From a virus: a stretch of 64,000 nt of DNA. Positions 30,872 through 41,283 of the stretch are shown piece by piece. Where the stretch lies: IMG/VR virus record IMGVR_UViG_3300046167_000744, positions 1-64,000 of that record; one strand, given 5' to 3'. The stretch's first letter is position 1. The number at the start of each line of letters is the position of its first letter. The translations under genes and the position numbers were made by a program. A model generated the notes under the pieces. That model was given only the letters and a program-made list of their open reading frames with translations. It was not told where the DNA came from and ran no database searches.

Positions 30872-30875
30872 TGCG

Positions 30876-31038
30876 ACTAGTGAGCTATCCACTAGTGTTC
30901 TAACTTAAAGCTAGTGGAGCTAGTGGGCTATCCACTAGTGTTCTAACCTAAAGTTAGTGGAGCTACTGGACTATCCACTAGTGTTCTAACATGGGAATTG
31001 CTAGTGGAGCTACTGGACTATCCACTAGTGTCACTAGT
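30876..31038 (-). repeat. Tandem array B: 4 units, inverted relative to array A
   Basis: CTATCCACTAGTGT occurs four times; 30885-30941 is the exact reverse complement of 10807-10863. Confidence 0.95.
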
Positions 31039-31335
31039 AACTTTGGCATTCTAGTGGCAGGGTCTAACCTTATGATATAGTTAGCCTATTCGGGCAGAAT
31101 GCCAAAGTTACCCGAAAACTAAGGATGCCCTGGAGTATATATATATTCTACCCTATTTATATTTATACATACTTATATATATATGTTTCTCTGGAACTCT
31201 TTAAAAATAGGTAACTTTGGCATTTTGGTCTTTTTCCGTATACATATCACAGGCTTAAGCCCTGCCACCTGTCTGCCACTTGCCAAGAAGATTCGTGGTT
31301 AGAACACATTTGTTGCTCACTAGCTAGGTTAGTGG
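31037..31335. other. Origin-like element B
   Basis: GTAACTTTGGCATTCT...AGAATGCCAAAGTTAC inverted pair; core 31100-31222; IHF-like sites ~31066-31078 and 31246-31258; TGCCAAGAAGATTCGTGGTTAGAACAC (31281-31307) identical to 10663-10689. Confidence 0.65.
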
Positions 31336-31404
31336 TATACTAAATTGACTCTAGCACTATGGTAGTCCCTACAGACTACCCACCATCTATTAGTAGGAGG
31401 ATAC

Positions 31405-32154
31405 ATGAAGAAGTTCCTGACGCTTCCTTTTATTAACATCACTACGAGCAGCAAGGCTTGGATCACGTTAGCCGACCTAGCTACATATCTAGAAATAGGT
31501 GAGCAGTCACTGAGGCGCAGGATACTATATTCAGACTCGGCCCCGTTCAGAACTATACGCCCTAAAACCAATGAGCTTATAAAAGCTGCCAGGCGCAGTT
31601 CCTTTACGGGCAGACCTAACCGACAATACTTTGATTTAGATTTTGCTCTGGCGGCCTGTTTCAGTATGAGTCACGAACCAGCTCGCAAGATGCGTGATCA
31701 AGTCGTGTATATAATGAACAACCTGTTTTACGACGGGTTCGTCTCTACTAAGAACTACCATTTAAGTATTGAGGTGCGTAGAGCTATAACAGCCTACGTC
31801 TGCGGTGTGGATCATTATTATAAGATCATTGAGGCTCGATGGGACCCGACAGACCAGTGCCACGGCACGACGCTAGCCCCTCTTGAAGTATCCGTTGAGA
31901 AGCTCGTTATCCCAGACTATTACCTGGAACGTGCCGAGATAAGTAAGGTTAAGGCTATAGATTTAGCGATCCACTTGATATTAACGCATTGTTATGTAGA
32001 AGATAAAGGTTCGGCTTTAGTAGACTTACTTGGTATAATAGGTATCACTGTAGACGCTGGTGTCTGCGGAGCTGAACAAACCTCTAACATAACGGAATGG
32101 GTTAAGGAGCGTTACAACGCTTCCTCCTCTACGATTGGAGATTTAAATGTCTAA
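31405..32154 (+). CDS. RhuM-like putative DNA-binding protein
   Basis: WITLADLATYL...YFDLDFALAACFS...ARKMRDQV...LFYDGFV resembles the RhuM-family pattern; AGGAGG RBS. Confidence 0.5.
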   Translation: MKKFLTLPFINITTSSKAWITLADLATYLEIGEQSLRRRILYSDSAPFRTIRPKTNELIKAARRSSFTGRPNRQYFDLDFALAACFSMSHEPARKMRDQVVYIMNNLFYDGFVSTKNYHLSIEVRRAITAYVCGVDHYYKIIEARWDPTDQCHGTTLAPLEVSVEKLVIPDYYLERAEISKVKAIDLAIHLILTHCYVEDKGSALVDLLGIIGITVDAGVCGAEQTSNITEWVKERYNASSSTIGDLNV

Positions 32155-33172
32155 ACATGTTGACCTGTTTTCGGTATGGACACCGATAGACTTAACCAAA
32201 GCACAGGGTGACCCCAATGAACCGCTTAAAGGACCTATCGCTGGGATTGTTAGCACTGAGGGCATAGACCTTCAGGGCGATACGATTATGCAATCAGGCT
32301 GCGATTGGAATTACTTCTTAAGTAAAGGCTGGCTCAACTATGAGCATCAGCAGGGACCTGAGTATATAGTTGGTTATCCTACCTCCGTGCAGCCTACTGT
32401 GCATGAGGGTAAAAATGCTACTATGATCCAGGGCTATCTTTTATTAGATAGGCCTAGAGCTAAAGAAGTATACGAATCCGCTAAAGCTATTCAAAAAGCT
32501 GGCGATGGACGATCCATCGGATTTAGTGTTGAAGGACAAGTTATACAACGGGATCCTAAAAACCCTAAGAAGATAACGAAGGCTCGTATACTAAATGTAT
32601 CAGTTACTGCCCATCCTGTTAATCCTGATGCTCGACTTGAAGTATTGGCTAGATCTTTGATGGCTTTAGATGATACAACAAATACTAGCGATACGTCCGT
32701 TGTTAATGATAGACTAACACCAGCTACACAAACTGAAGGGTCAACAATGACTGACGATACAGCAACTAAAGGTATGGTAGGCTATCAAGCCGCCGCCAAA
32801 CCAGATCCTGAAGCAGCGCTCTCTGAAATGGCTGCTCAATCACTTGACGGGCAACCCTCATCCGCAACCACTGGTAGTAAAGACGAAGATATGTCGTCTC
32901 TTATGGAAGGCATGATGCGTCGTGTTCTGAAAGAAGAGATGAGCAAGATGATGTCTGACGAAGTGGAAAAGATGATGGATCAGGCCAAGGGCTACTACCA
33001 GGGCGATAAAGTGTCGGACGCTCAAAAGAGTGCAGACTTGCGACCACCTATGGTATCATTACCTCAGATGCAGACTTTACTTGGTAAGGTCTTCCCTCAA
33101 CTTCCTGCTTCTGAGCAACGGTCTATGGCCCGTAAGCTGCTCACTGCAGCTAAAAGTTATCACTCTAACTAA
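32147..33172 (+). CDS. Prohead protease
   Basis: GIVSTEGIDLQGD, GWLNYEH, GFSVEG, VSVTAHPVNPDA. Confidence 0.9.
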   Translation: MSKHVDLFSVWTPIDLTKAQGDPNEPLKGPIAGIVSTEGIDLQGDTIMQSGCDWNYFLSKGWLNYEHQQGPEYIVGYPTSVQPTVHEGKNATMIQGYLLLDRPRAKEVYESAKAIQKAGDGRSIGFSVEGQVIQRDPKNPKKITKARILNVSVTAHPVNPDARLEVLARSLMALDDTTNTSDTSVVNDRLTPATQTEGSTMTDDTATKGMVGYQAAAKPDPEAALSEMAAQSLDGQPSSATTGSKDEDMSSLMEGMMRRVLKEEMSKMMSDEVEKMMDQAKGYYQGDKVSDAQKSADLRPPMVSLPQMQTLLGKVFPQLPASEQRSMARKLLTAAKSYHSN

Positions 33173-33203
33173 CTCTCTCTCATCTCTTTTCTGGAGGATT
33201 ATT

Positions 33204-33737
33204 ATGTCTGACCAAACTGAACAGACTGTTGACCTTAACCGTATCGAAGGGCTACTTGTTGATCTTAACAAAAGCCTTTCTGCTCAGCAGGAAGCTGCCG
33301 CAGATGCCGATGTTGAAACCAACGACAGTGTAGAAATCATCGCTAAAGGTGCTGACGCTATTATTGCTCAGAACAAAACTGCGACTGAGGCTCTCACTAA
33401 AGGCATGGACACTATCATGGAAAAACTTGATAGGCTCGATGCGTTCGTAGCTAAGTTTGCTGAACTCGAAGATAAAATCGACAAAGGACTTGCCGAGATC
33501 GGTGCTATCCCTGACGCTCCTAAAGCTGTCGTCGTTGAAGCTGAGCCAGCTCCTAGCGATGTAGTTGCTGTAGAGGCCCCTGCTACTATTAACAAAGGTC
33601 AAGTTTTAGACCTATGTTTAAATGAGTTGCAAGCAGGCGCTATCGGTGACCGTAAGGTCCAGCTCATGAAGGGTATCTCTCAACTTGACTCTAACTTTAA
33701 CCCTGCCGATGTTGCGGCAGCTCTTAACCTCAAATAA
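33204..33737 (+). CDS. Probable capsid scaffold protein
   Basis: Acidic helical protein between protease and capsid; GGAGG RBS before ATG 33204. Confidence 0.7.
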   Translation: MSDQTEQTVDLNRIEGLLVDLNKSLSAQQEAAADADVETNDSVEIIAKGADAIIAQNKTATEALTKGMDTIMEKLDRLDAFVAKFAELEDKIDKGLAEIGAIPDAPKAVVVEAEPAPSDVVAVEAPATINKGQVLDLCLNELQAGAIGDRKVQLMKGISQLDSNFNPADVAAALNLK

Positions 33738-33751
33738 TAGGAGCGATCACT

Positions 33752-35215
33752 ATGATGATTCCAGGACACAATGAAACGGTTAACGTAGAAGACCTCGTTA
33801 AATTAAACGATGCTTTACGCAAATCTAACGTCGGCTACCAAACTCCAGCTGGCACTGCTGGTGGCGAAAATGGCGCTCTTAGCCCACTCGTCCCACAGAG
33901 CATCGAAGGTAGCCTCTCATCTGCTACTCACACTATGCAAGAGCTTAGCCTCTGGCCTATGATGCCTAAAACCAGCGTCAGCTCAACTCTTCACGAGTAT
34001 GTAGTTGTTAACGATCACGGCTTTGATATCGACCCCTTCATCGGTGAAGGTGGCGGAGCAGAGCAAGACTTCGTAACTAACAACAGCCAGTATGAGCGTA
34101 AGTCTGTCAAGATCAAGTATATGGCAGAGCGTCGTCAAGTTAGCGACGTAGCTAGCCTCGTAGGTATGATCGGTGATAACCGTAACGCTATCGCTGAAGA
34201 GACTATGCGTGGAACTATGGGCTTGATGCGTAAGGTAGAGCGTCAACTCTGGTATGGTAACGAGAGTCTTCAAGAGAAGGGTTTCGATGGTATCCTCAAG
34301 CAAGTTCGTGACGGCGCTCCTCAGAACGTCTTAGATCTTAAGGGATCTGCACCTACTCCATTACTTCTCCAAGAGGCTCTTGGCGAGGTTTACTCAGCTC
34401 CTAACTTCGGTCGTCCTGACTGTATCTACGTCGAGCCTCGTATGCATGCTGAGCTTATTAAGCAAAGCGTCGAGTCTGGTCGTCACGATCAGTTCCAGGT
34501 AGCTCAGAGTGGTAGCCTTACTTTCGGTCAGTCACAACTTAACATCATGGCTCCATACGGCGCTGTTCCAGTTAAGGCTGCTCCATTCTTGCACTTCGCA
34601 AGCCGTCTCCCTGCAAGTGGATTTGGTTCTTTAGCTCCTGCAGCTCCGACCATCACTTCAGCGGTTCCTGGTGCAGAGACTGTTGCTGGTAGCTCACAGT
34701 TCGTCGCTGGCGATCCTACCTACAAATATGCAGTAGTTGCTGTAGGCGACCAAGGTTTCTCAGCTCCTAAGAAGTCAGTCCAAATCAATGTTAACGCTGA
34801 TGAGGAAGTTGTTCTTACTATCGCTGCGACTAACCTCGTTCGTGGTGCTTCACAGGCTCCTCGTTACTACCGCATCTATCGCTCAGGCGCTAACCAAGAC
34901 GGAATCGATTCAAGCTATCGCTTGATCGCTGAAATCCCTTGCGCTGGTGGAGCTGCTGCTACTGTCTTTACCGATCTTGACGACGGTAACAACGGTCAGA
35001 AGTATGGCTGCTCACCGATTCTCTTCGCTCAGCACGACCCACAGGTTATGGAGTTTGTTCGTCTCTTAGACTTCATCCGCCGACCTTTGGCTGAGACCGC
35101 TAGCGTTAAGCCTTTCCTACTTATGCTCTTCGGATCACCAGTAGTTAAGGTTCCTGGCAAGATGTTCTTGATGGACAACGCTGGACTTAGCACTACTGAT
35201 CTAATCCGAGCGTAA
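33752..35215 (+). CDS. Major capsid protein (SPO1/Twort-like) with an Ig-like insertion
   Basis: LRKSNVGY, QSIEGSL, LHEYV, FIGEGG, VKIKYM, LWYGN...FDGI; YYRIYRS insertion. Confidence 0.9.
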   Translation: MMIPGHNETVNVEDLVKLNDALRKSNVGYQTPAGTAGGENGALSPLVPQSIEGSLSSATHTMQELSLWPMMPKTSVSSTLHEYVVVNDHGFDIDPFIGEGGGAEQDFVTNNSQYERKSVKIKYMAERRQVSDVASLVGMIGDNRNAIAEETMRGTMGLMRKVERQLWYGNESLQEKGFDGILKQVRDGAPQNVLDLKGSAPTPLLLQEALGEVYSAPNFGRPDCIYVEPRMHAELIKQSVESGRHDQFQVAQSGSLTFGQSQLNIMAPYGAVPVKAAPFLHFASRLPASGFGSLAPAAPTITSAVPGAETVAGSSQFVAGDPTYKYAVVAVGDQGFSAPKKSVQINVNADEEVVLTIAATNLVRGASQAPRYYRIYRSGANQDGIDSSYRLIAEIPCAGGAAATVFTDLDDGNNGQKYGCSPILFAQHDPQVMEFVRLLDFIRRPLAETASVKPFLLMLFGSPVVKVPGKMFLMDNAGLSTTDLIRA

Positions 35216-35238
35216 TAACCGATTGAGGGGATAACACC

Positions 35239-35562
35239 ATGTGGAAATATACTAGACGATTAAGCCTCACTAATAGACCCATGAGTCTCAAGCTAGGCAA
35301 GTTTACAATCCAGCTCAACGGAGTTGGTGTTATCACCTCTAAGGTTAGTGATGAGCTGCTTCTACAGTTGAAAGCTAATCCATTGTTTATCTACGTCCCT
35401 AAATCTGAGCCTAAGCCTGAAGCAAAACCTGTAGAGGTGGCGAAGAAAGCCGAGGCTGTTAAACAGGTTGCGGAGTGTGATATACTAGAGGAGCCAAAAC
35501 CCAGTCGGAAGCGAGCCTCTTCAAGATCACGTCGCAAGTCGTCTACCGACAAGCAGGACTGA
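35239..35562 (+). CDS. Hypothetical basic protein after the capsid gene
   Basis: 107 aa, Lys/Arg-rich tail. Confidence 0.65.
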   Translation: MWKYTRRLSLTNRPMSLKLGKFTIQLNGVGVITSKVSDELLLQLKANPLFIYVPKSEPKPEAKPVEVAKKAEAVKQVAECDILEEPKPSRKRASSRSRRKSSTDKQD

Positions 35563-35629
35563 GAAAAAGGGGGAGGTCAATCGAGCCACTGTAACCCTCA
35601 TCTTTTATATTTATGAAAGGTCTATACGC

Positions 35630-36595
35630 ATGGCTATCAGAGACTTAATCACCCCTCAGTTCATTAAAGATACTTATGTTTTAGGTGTCAACCTCACTCT
35701 AGATGATGGTAGCCCGTATCCTGACGTGTTATTTGAAAACGCTATTGATGCAGCTATCAACACCTTAGAGCTAGAGTTAGGTATCACCTTCGACCCATTT
35801 ACCGTAAAAGGCGAGAGGCACGACGCTCGTATCGAGCATAAGAATGCTTTCTACCCTTTTAGGTTAGATCATAGACCCGTGCGGTCCGTTGACGCTCTCA
35901 AGATTACTATAGGCAATGCACCTGAAGTGGTGATGCCTACAGGCTGGGCGGTCAACACTATGGGACAGCACGGGCAAATCAATCTTATCCCAGCAGGAGA
36001 GACACTAGGATCATTCTTCTTCCGTAGTGGCATCCCTCTCCTATTCGGTGATGTATTCTCACCATACAGTTACGTCCCAGGCTATTTCTCTATTGATTAT
36101 ACATCAGGCTTCACCTTCATTGAAGGGACTGCGGTTATACCACAGGGCGATGTATCGGTAGAGGTGCCTATCACTGCGCCGCTTGAAGGTGTGAAGCCTA
36201 CAATCAGTCTCACTGTAACGGACGCTCAAGGTGGATCTACGCCTAGAGTTAGACGATCAGGAACAGATAGCTTCACTATATCAGTCGGGACCGCACCCAA
36301 TACGGGTGATATGCTTATCAGCTACTCACTACATACCGTAGACCCTGCATTGATCAGGGCTATAGGCTTAATGGCCGCTATCGCACCACTTGATATCGCA
36401 GGTGATCTTATCGCTGGCGCAGGTGTAGGTCAGTTTAGCGTAGGTGTAGACGGACTAACTCAATCTATCGCAACGACAGCCTCGGCCACATCCGCTGGTT
36501 ATGGCGCTCGTATTATCAGTTACCAGAAACAGCTAAAAGACGTGATGGGTAGCCTCAGAGCTAAATATCGCATGATGAATATGTTTAGCGTATAA
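35630..36595 (+). CDS. Head-tail adaptor/neck protein
   Basis: YVLGVNL...ELELGI; LIAGAGVGQFSVGVDGLTQSIATTASA...GYGARI. Confidence 0.8.
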   Translation: MAIRDLITPQFIKDTYVLGVNLTLDDGSPYPDVLFENAIDAAINTLELELGITFDPFTVKGERHDARIEHKNAFYPFRLDHRPVRSVDALKITIGNAPEVVMPTGWAVNTMGQHGQINLIPAGETLGSFFFRSGIPLLFGDVFSPYSYVPGYFSIDYTSGFTFIEGTAVIPQGDVSVEVPITAPLEGVKPTISLTVTDAQGGSTPRVRRSGTDSFTISVGTAPNTGDMLISYSLHTVDPALIRAIGLMAAIAPLDIAGDLIAGAGVGQFSVGVDGLTQSIATTASATSAGYGARIISYQKQLKDVMGSLRAKYRMMNMFSV

Positions 36596-36605
36596 GGAGG
36601 CTATT

Positions 36606-37427
36606 ATGGACTTTCCATCAGTAGAACAGAATCTATCGCTAACTAGAGCTGACTTCGATCCAGCTACATTCCGAAGGCTGATCGCTCAAAAGGGATTGGT
36701 CCTAGAGTGGAAGCAATCAGGGGAGTGTCCCTGTCAGCCTAAATCAGTTGATAGAGGTTTTGATCTCACAGATATTGATGATGTGGATAGTGGAACGGGT
36801 AACTCTATGGGATGCCCAGTGTGCAACGGCACAGGACTCATATATCACTCACCACAGGAGATTCAAGCTATCGTGACCAATGCAGAGGGGGAATACCTAA
36901 ACTCTCGTTACGGTGGATATAGAGAAGGCCTAGTGAGCATCACACTCAATCCTGAACACTTGCCTGTCTTTGGCGACCGCTTTACGCTTAAAGATAGCGT
37001 GATGCTCTACCGTGAGACGATCACCATAGAAGAGAATAAGAATCTGTATAAGCTGCGCTTCCCTATCGCTAGTCGTGACGTAACCTTAAAGACGGGTGAA
37101 GAGACTCACGATATCATCTACCTCCATGTTACAGATCCTGATACGGGACTAGCTATTGAGGGAGGGGATCATACAGAAGACTGGCGAGGCGTAAACCAAG
37201 GATACGTAGTTACCGCTGACGGTAAGTTCCAGCGTAACAACAGTATTCGCTTCTCGACTGGTATGCGAGTGAGCCTGACCTACTTTATCCATCCAGCCTA
37301 CACGGTGGTGAGCTACCCTAACAGTATCCGAGATACTCGCATCCGTAAAAAGTCAAATGTAGATAGGCACCTACCTATGCCTGTCCGTGTCCAGGCTAAA
37401 CTAGAGTTCCTGGAATTGGAGGGATAA
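36606..37427 (+). CDS. Neck/head-closure protein with Zn motif
   Basis: WKQSGECPC...CPVCNGTG; position in the neck cluster. Confidence 0.75.
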   Translation: MDFPSVEQNLSLTRADFDPATFRRLIAQKGLVLEWKQSGECPCQPKSVDRGFDLTDIDDVDSGTGNSMGCPVCNGTGLIYHSPQEIQAIVTNAEGEYLNSRYGGYREGLVSITLNPEHLPVFGDRFTLKDSVMLYRETITIEENKNLYKLRFPIASRDVTLKTGEETHDIIYLHVTDPDTGLAIEGGDHTEDWRGVNQGYVVTADGKFQRNNSIRFSTGMRVSLTYFIHPAYTVVSYPNSIRDTRIRKKSNVDRHLPMPVRVQAKLEFLELEG

Positions 37428-38098
37428 TGTTTGATCTACACTTTATACACGCTATCAAGAATGGTGTGCGATACTTCTCTAAAGACCGCTTCATGTTTGA
37501 TCCGTTGTTTCCCAACGTGAGTGATAATATGAAGGCTCGTATGTTTCAGTATCTGCAGGACACGTCTATCAAGTTTGACGCTGCGTATAATGGAGCTGCT
37601 GCCGAGGGCCTACCACTGGTGACAGTGGAGCTAGCGGAGGCCTACTACGACTCTCAAGGTCTAGGCAACCATGCTTACTCTGCCAGGGATGATGAAGGTA
37701 GAGAGTTTAAACGCTATAGTCTATTCACCTCTCAGGAGGTGCGAGTAAATATCTATGCTAAGGATATGGAAGGCGTTAGACTCATCCATAAACTGATCCA
37801 AGCGACTATGTTATTGTTTCATAAGTCCTTCATCTCAGCAGGTTATCAGAACGTGCTGTATACAGGGACTACTCCGTTAGTTCCAGAGTTAGCCCTGGAG
37901 GGCGAAGGCTTAAATGTATATGGTAGACAGGTTCGATATGCAGCTCTACACCTTATGGAAATACCTGGATACATCGAAGATCTAAACAGTATCGGTGTAT
38001 ACGATCCATTAATGGATATACAGGTCGCTCTCGACGACACCACTCCTGAGAGTGGAGTTCCTGGAGCTATTACGGTATCATCTAACTCAGACTCTTAA
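37427..38098 (+). CDS. Probable tail terminator/completion protein
   Basis: Directly before the sheath gene; LPLVTVEL motif. Confidence 0.6.
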   Translation: MFDLHFIHAIKNGVRYFSKDRFMFDPLFPNVSDNMKARMFQYLQDTSIKFDAAYNGAAAEGLPLVTVELAEAYYDSQGLGNHAYSARDDEGREFKRYSLFTSQEVRVNIYAKDMEGVRLIHKLIQATMLLFHKSFISAGYQNVLYTGTTPLVPELALEGEGLNVYGRQVRYAALHLMEIPGYIEDLNSIGVYDPLMDIQVALDDTTPESGVPGAITVSSNSDS

Positions 38099-38122
38099 CT
38101 CTCATCAACAGGAGATTTACCT

Positions 38123-40168
38123 ATGCCTTCAAGCATTTTCTTCCAAGGACAGCGTGTCTACCGACCAGGCACCTATGTGCGTGTCAACGATACACTCTCC
38201 GCTATTTCCGACCTAACTGGAGGCAACATCGCCCTGGTTGGAGACTTCGCAATCTTCCCTCAAGGCGAGATACAAACATTCTCTACCTTCGACAGCTTTG
38301 TCGAAACCGTCAACCCTGACGGCGTATCTGGACTCTACTATGATGTAGACTATACAGCCTTGGCTGATATAGCGTTTGACGCTTTGGTAGACGCTAACCA
38401 GCAGATCGACAGCCTCTCGATCATCAATACACGAGCTTCAGAGCAGGCCTCTTTCACTAGCAACGGACTCAAGGTTAAGTCGAAGCTCTACGGACCCGTG
38501 GGTAACCGCCTAACCATCACACTAGCTGCATCCTCGGATCGCACAGGTAACGCTGAAGACGACGACTTCTATGATATCTTCGTATTTAACGGCGGTCTTG
38601 ACGCTGTAGAAGAGATGCTCGATATCGGTGACGGTGAGGCTGCTAAGCTCAGCTATGCCTATACCAATGATCCTGCTGGTGATGCCGATGGTGAGTTTGA
38701 CTACGGTAGTGTATCAGCTAGAACCACGGCGACTCATATTGAGGTCGAGGCTCGTAAGACTATTGGTAATGATGAGATCATAGATGCAGCTAACCAGAAC
38801 GCTCAAGGCAACTATGAGCTGGTCTTCAATAAGCAAGTTGAAGGCGTGGTATCTATCACCACATTAGGCCAGCAGGTTGAAGCTACCAACTTTATGGACG
38901 TGATCGGCTTTAACCAAGAAGGAACACTCACCACTGAGCGTGTTACCATGCATGATGCTCAAGGTGGTGAAGTCGGTGATACTTTCACAACTACCAACAG
39001 CTTCGTAAGCATCGAGCGCATCATTATCTCTGCTTTAACTGACGGTGACGTTATTCTGCGCTGGTATCCTAAATCTACTAAACTTGAAGACGTTGGGGAT
39101 CTTGAAGGCTGGCTGGCTGACCTTAGTCGCCGTAACAGTGACTTCACTTATGTATCACCCAGCACCGTGATCACTGGTGATGAGCTAGACTTTGATTCAG
39201 CGCTCAGCTCTATCAACAATGGAGCTAGCTATATCTTCACTACGAATCTGCACCGCATCTCTGAGCGAGCCTTCAACGCATCCAAGTGGGTAGTTGCTGA
39301 GAAGCTCAGTAACACAGCGCCTGCCGTATTTGCATCAGAGCCTCTACTCGGAGGATCTAACGATCCGTCTACACCTATCTCGAAGGTCGAGGAGGCTCTT
39401 GAGGCTATCCTTTATAAGAATATCAACATCGTAGTCCCTGCTACTGATGATATCGAGATTCATAAGCTAGTTAAGCAGCACTGCAAAGATGCTTCTGAAA
39501 AGGCTGGCTTGGAGCGTAACGCATGGTTAGGCACCGAAGCAGACCGATCACTTGACTATGTGCATAACATCTACGTTAAAGAGCTTAACGACCGTAACTG
39601 CGCTGTCGTCTGTCAGGGTGTGAAGCTCGCTAAGAATGGTCGTGAGTTCAGAACACCTTGGTATACCGCACTAGCTCTAGCATCAGTTCAAGCTAGCACT
39701 GCTATCGCTGAGCCTATGACACGCAAGGTTATCCAGGGCATCTCACCGATCCAAACCACTTTCGATCCAGACGCTCAAGCTAACAAGGCTATCCGTCTAA
39801 GCATCGTTATTCTGAACAATGCTAACGGACCCATCCGAGTTGAGCGTAGCGTGACCACCTTCCGACGCAACCTCAGTCACCCTGTGTTCTGCGAGGTGTC
39901 GGCTAATGAGTCGATTAACACATGTCTTCGCACTTTACGCTCAGCGCTAGATGTATTCATCGGTGGTAAAGCGACAGGTAGCCAGGCAGGTATTATCGCA
40001 CGAGCGGCTACAAACCACCTCGACAATCTCAGGGATCGAGGTATTATAGCCAACTACAAAGATGTTTCGGTTGTGCTTAACGGTGATGTTCTTAACGTCA
40101 CTTTTGATGTAGCGGCTATTGAACCTCTTAACTTCATCACAGTCCAAGCTAATCTTGGGCAGTTTTAA
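38123..40168 (+). CDS. Tail sheath protein
   Basis: YRPGTYVRVND, LYGPVGNRL, AEPMTRK, C-terminal VTFDVAAIEPLNFITV. Confidence 0.9.
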   Translation: MPSSIFFQGQRVYRPGTYVRVNDTLSAISDLTGGNIALVGDFAIFPQGEIQTFSTFDSFVETVNPDGVSGLYYDVDYTALADIAFDALVDANQQIDSLSIINTRASEQASFTSNGLKVKSKLYGPVGNRLTITLAASSDRTGNAEDDDFYDIFVFNGGLDAVEEMLDIGDGEAAKLSYAYTNDPAGDADGEFDYGSVSARTTATHIEVEARKTIGNDEIIDAANQNAQGNYELVFNKQVEGVVSITTLGQQVEATNFMDVIGFNQEGTLTTERVTMHDAQGGEVGDTFTTTNSFVSIERIIISALTDGDVILRWYPKSTKLEDVGDLEGWLADLSRRNSDFTYVSPSTVITGDELDFDSALSSINNGASYIFTTNLHRISERAFNASKWVVAEKLSNTAPAVFASEPLLGGSNDPSTPISKVEEALEAILYKNINIVVPATDDIEIHKLVKQHCKDASEKAGLERNAWLGTEADRSLDYVHNIYVKELNDRNCAVVCQGVKLAKNGREFRTPWYTALALASVQASTAIAEPMTRKVIQGISPIQTTFDPDAQANKAIRLSIVILNNANGPIRVERSVTTFRRNLSHPVFCEVSANESINTCLRTLRSALDVFIGGKATGSQAGIIARAATNHLDNLRDRGIIANYKDVSVVLNGDVLNVTFDVAAIEPLNFITVQANLGQF

Positions 40169-40183
40169 TAAGGAGCTATAATC

Positions 40184-40696
40184 ATGGCAAACGGAACTCA
40201 ACAACAACTACGCTCTATCAACGGGTCTAACGCTATCGTGGAGATCGAGATTGAGGGTGAGACTCCTCGTGTTATCGGATACGCCACAGGCGTGACTGTT
40301 ACTGAGGCTATCGCTCTCAACCGTATTGACGTGTTAGGCACTATCGACTCTCAAGATATTGAGCCTATCGGTCGCATCGTGTCAGGGTCTATCGGTATGA
40401 TGCGAATGACAGCTAACGGAACTGATGGAGGCGGTGCATCTAACCAATCACTAGTCCCTACGCATGCTCCTAACGCTGATGCAATCGCACGAACCAAAGA
40501 CCTTATGGACTACATGACAAAAGGCTTCAACCTGGTTATCAAGGACTCCTCGGACTTCGCTGATGATAATGAGGTTAAGACCCGTTATACGATTATAGGC
40601 TGTCGTCCATCATCTCATAGCTTCGCACTTAGCCGTGGTATGCTCATGGGTGTTAACGTGACCTTTGAAGCGTTGAAGCTCGTAGAAGAAAACTAA
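40184..40696 (+). CDS. Tail tube protein
   Basis: SINGSNAIVEI, VIGYATGVTVTE, VTFEALK; follows the sheath gene. Confidence 0.85.
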   Translation: MANGTQQQLRSINGSNAIVEIEIEGETPRVIGYATGVTVTEAIALNRIDVLGTIDSQDIEPIGRIVSGSIGMMRMTANGTDGGGASNQSLVPTHAPNADAIARTKDLMDYMTKGFNLVIKDSSDFADDNEVKTRYTIIGCRPSSHSFALSRGMLMGVNVTFEALKLVEEN

Positions 40697-40773
40697 GATA
40701 CCCTTGCTAAACTCCCTGTGATGCTATAGTATAGAAGCAGTCCTTTTAACTATATCATTACGGGAGAAGCCCT

Positions 40774-41283
40774 ATGGCTCGTAAGAAAACCAATCTAGAC
40801 CTTAAATCATTGGCTGAAGAGGCAACGCAGGAAGTTATTGCTGCTAACGCCGAAGAGATCTCACCTGTTGATGAAGAGAGAGTCAAGCTCACACCTCGTG
40901 AGATCTCATTTAACATAGACTATGATGGGCCTGATGGTGAAGACCACTCAGCTGTTCTTACGTCTAAGGTTATGGATGCTGATGGTAGGCTGGCTAAGGC
41001 CCGTGTAGTCGCACAGCTGACTCGTGGTCTAAATCCCGATAACCTCGGTAATGAGGATCGCTTTAGAGTAGATGCGTTAGGTCGTCTATCTGTCCAGCTT
41101 ATTGAGCCTCCAAAATGGGTCTACGACTTTACAGGTCAGGATCTAGAACTGCTTATACACCTCAATGGTATACTAGTGGAGCATGAAAACCGTTACTTTC
41201 GCTCAAACGCTCGACAGGGTGAGGGAGGCGAGATCAAGGCCAGAGTTCGGTCTACTGTCTCCGCTTTTGAAGAATCAAAGTAA
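40774..41283 (+). CDS. Tail assembly chaperone
   Basis: Position after the tube gene; LSVQLIEPPKW...YFR. Confidence 0.65.
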   Translation: MARKKTNLDLKSLAEEATQEVIAANAEEISPVDEERVKLTPREISFNIDYDGPDGEDHSAVLTSKVMDADGRLAKARVVAQLTRGLNPDNLGNEDRFRVDALGRLSVQLIEPPKWVYDFTGQDLELLIHLNGILVEHENRYFRSNARQGEGGEIKARVRSTVSAFEESK

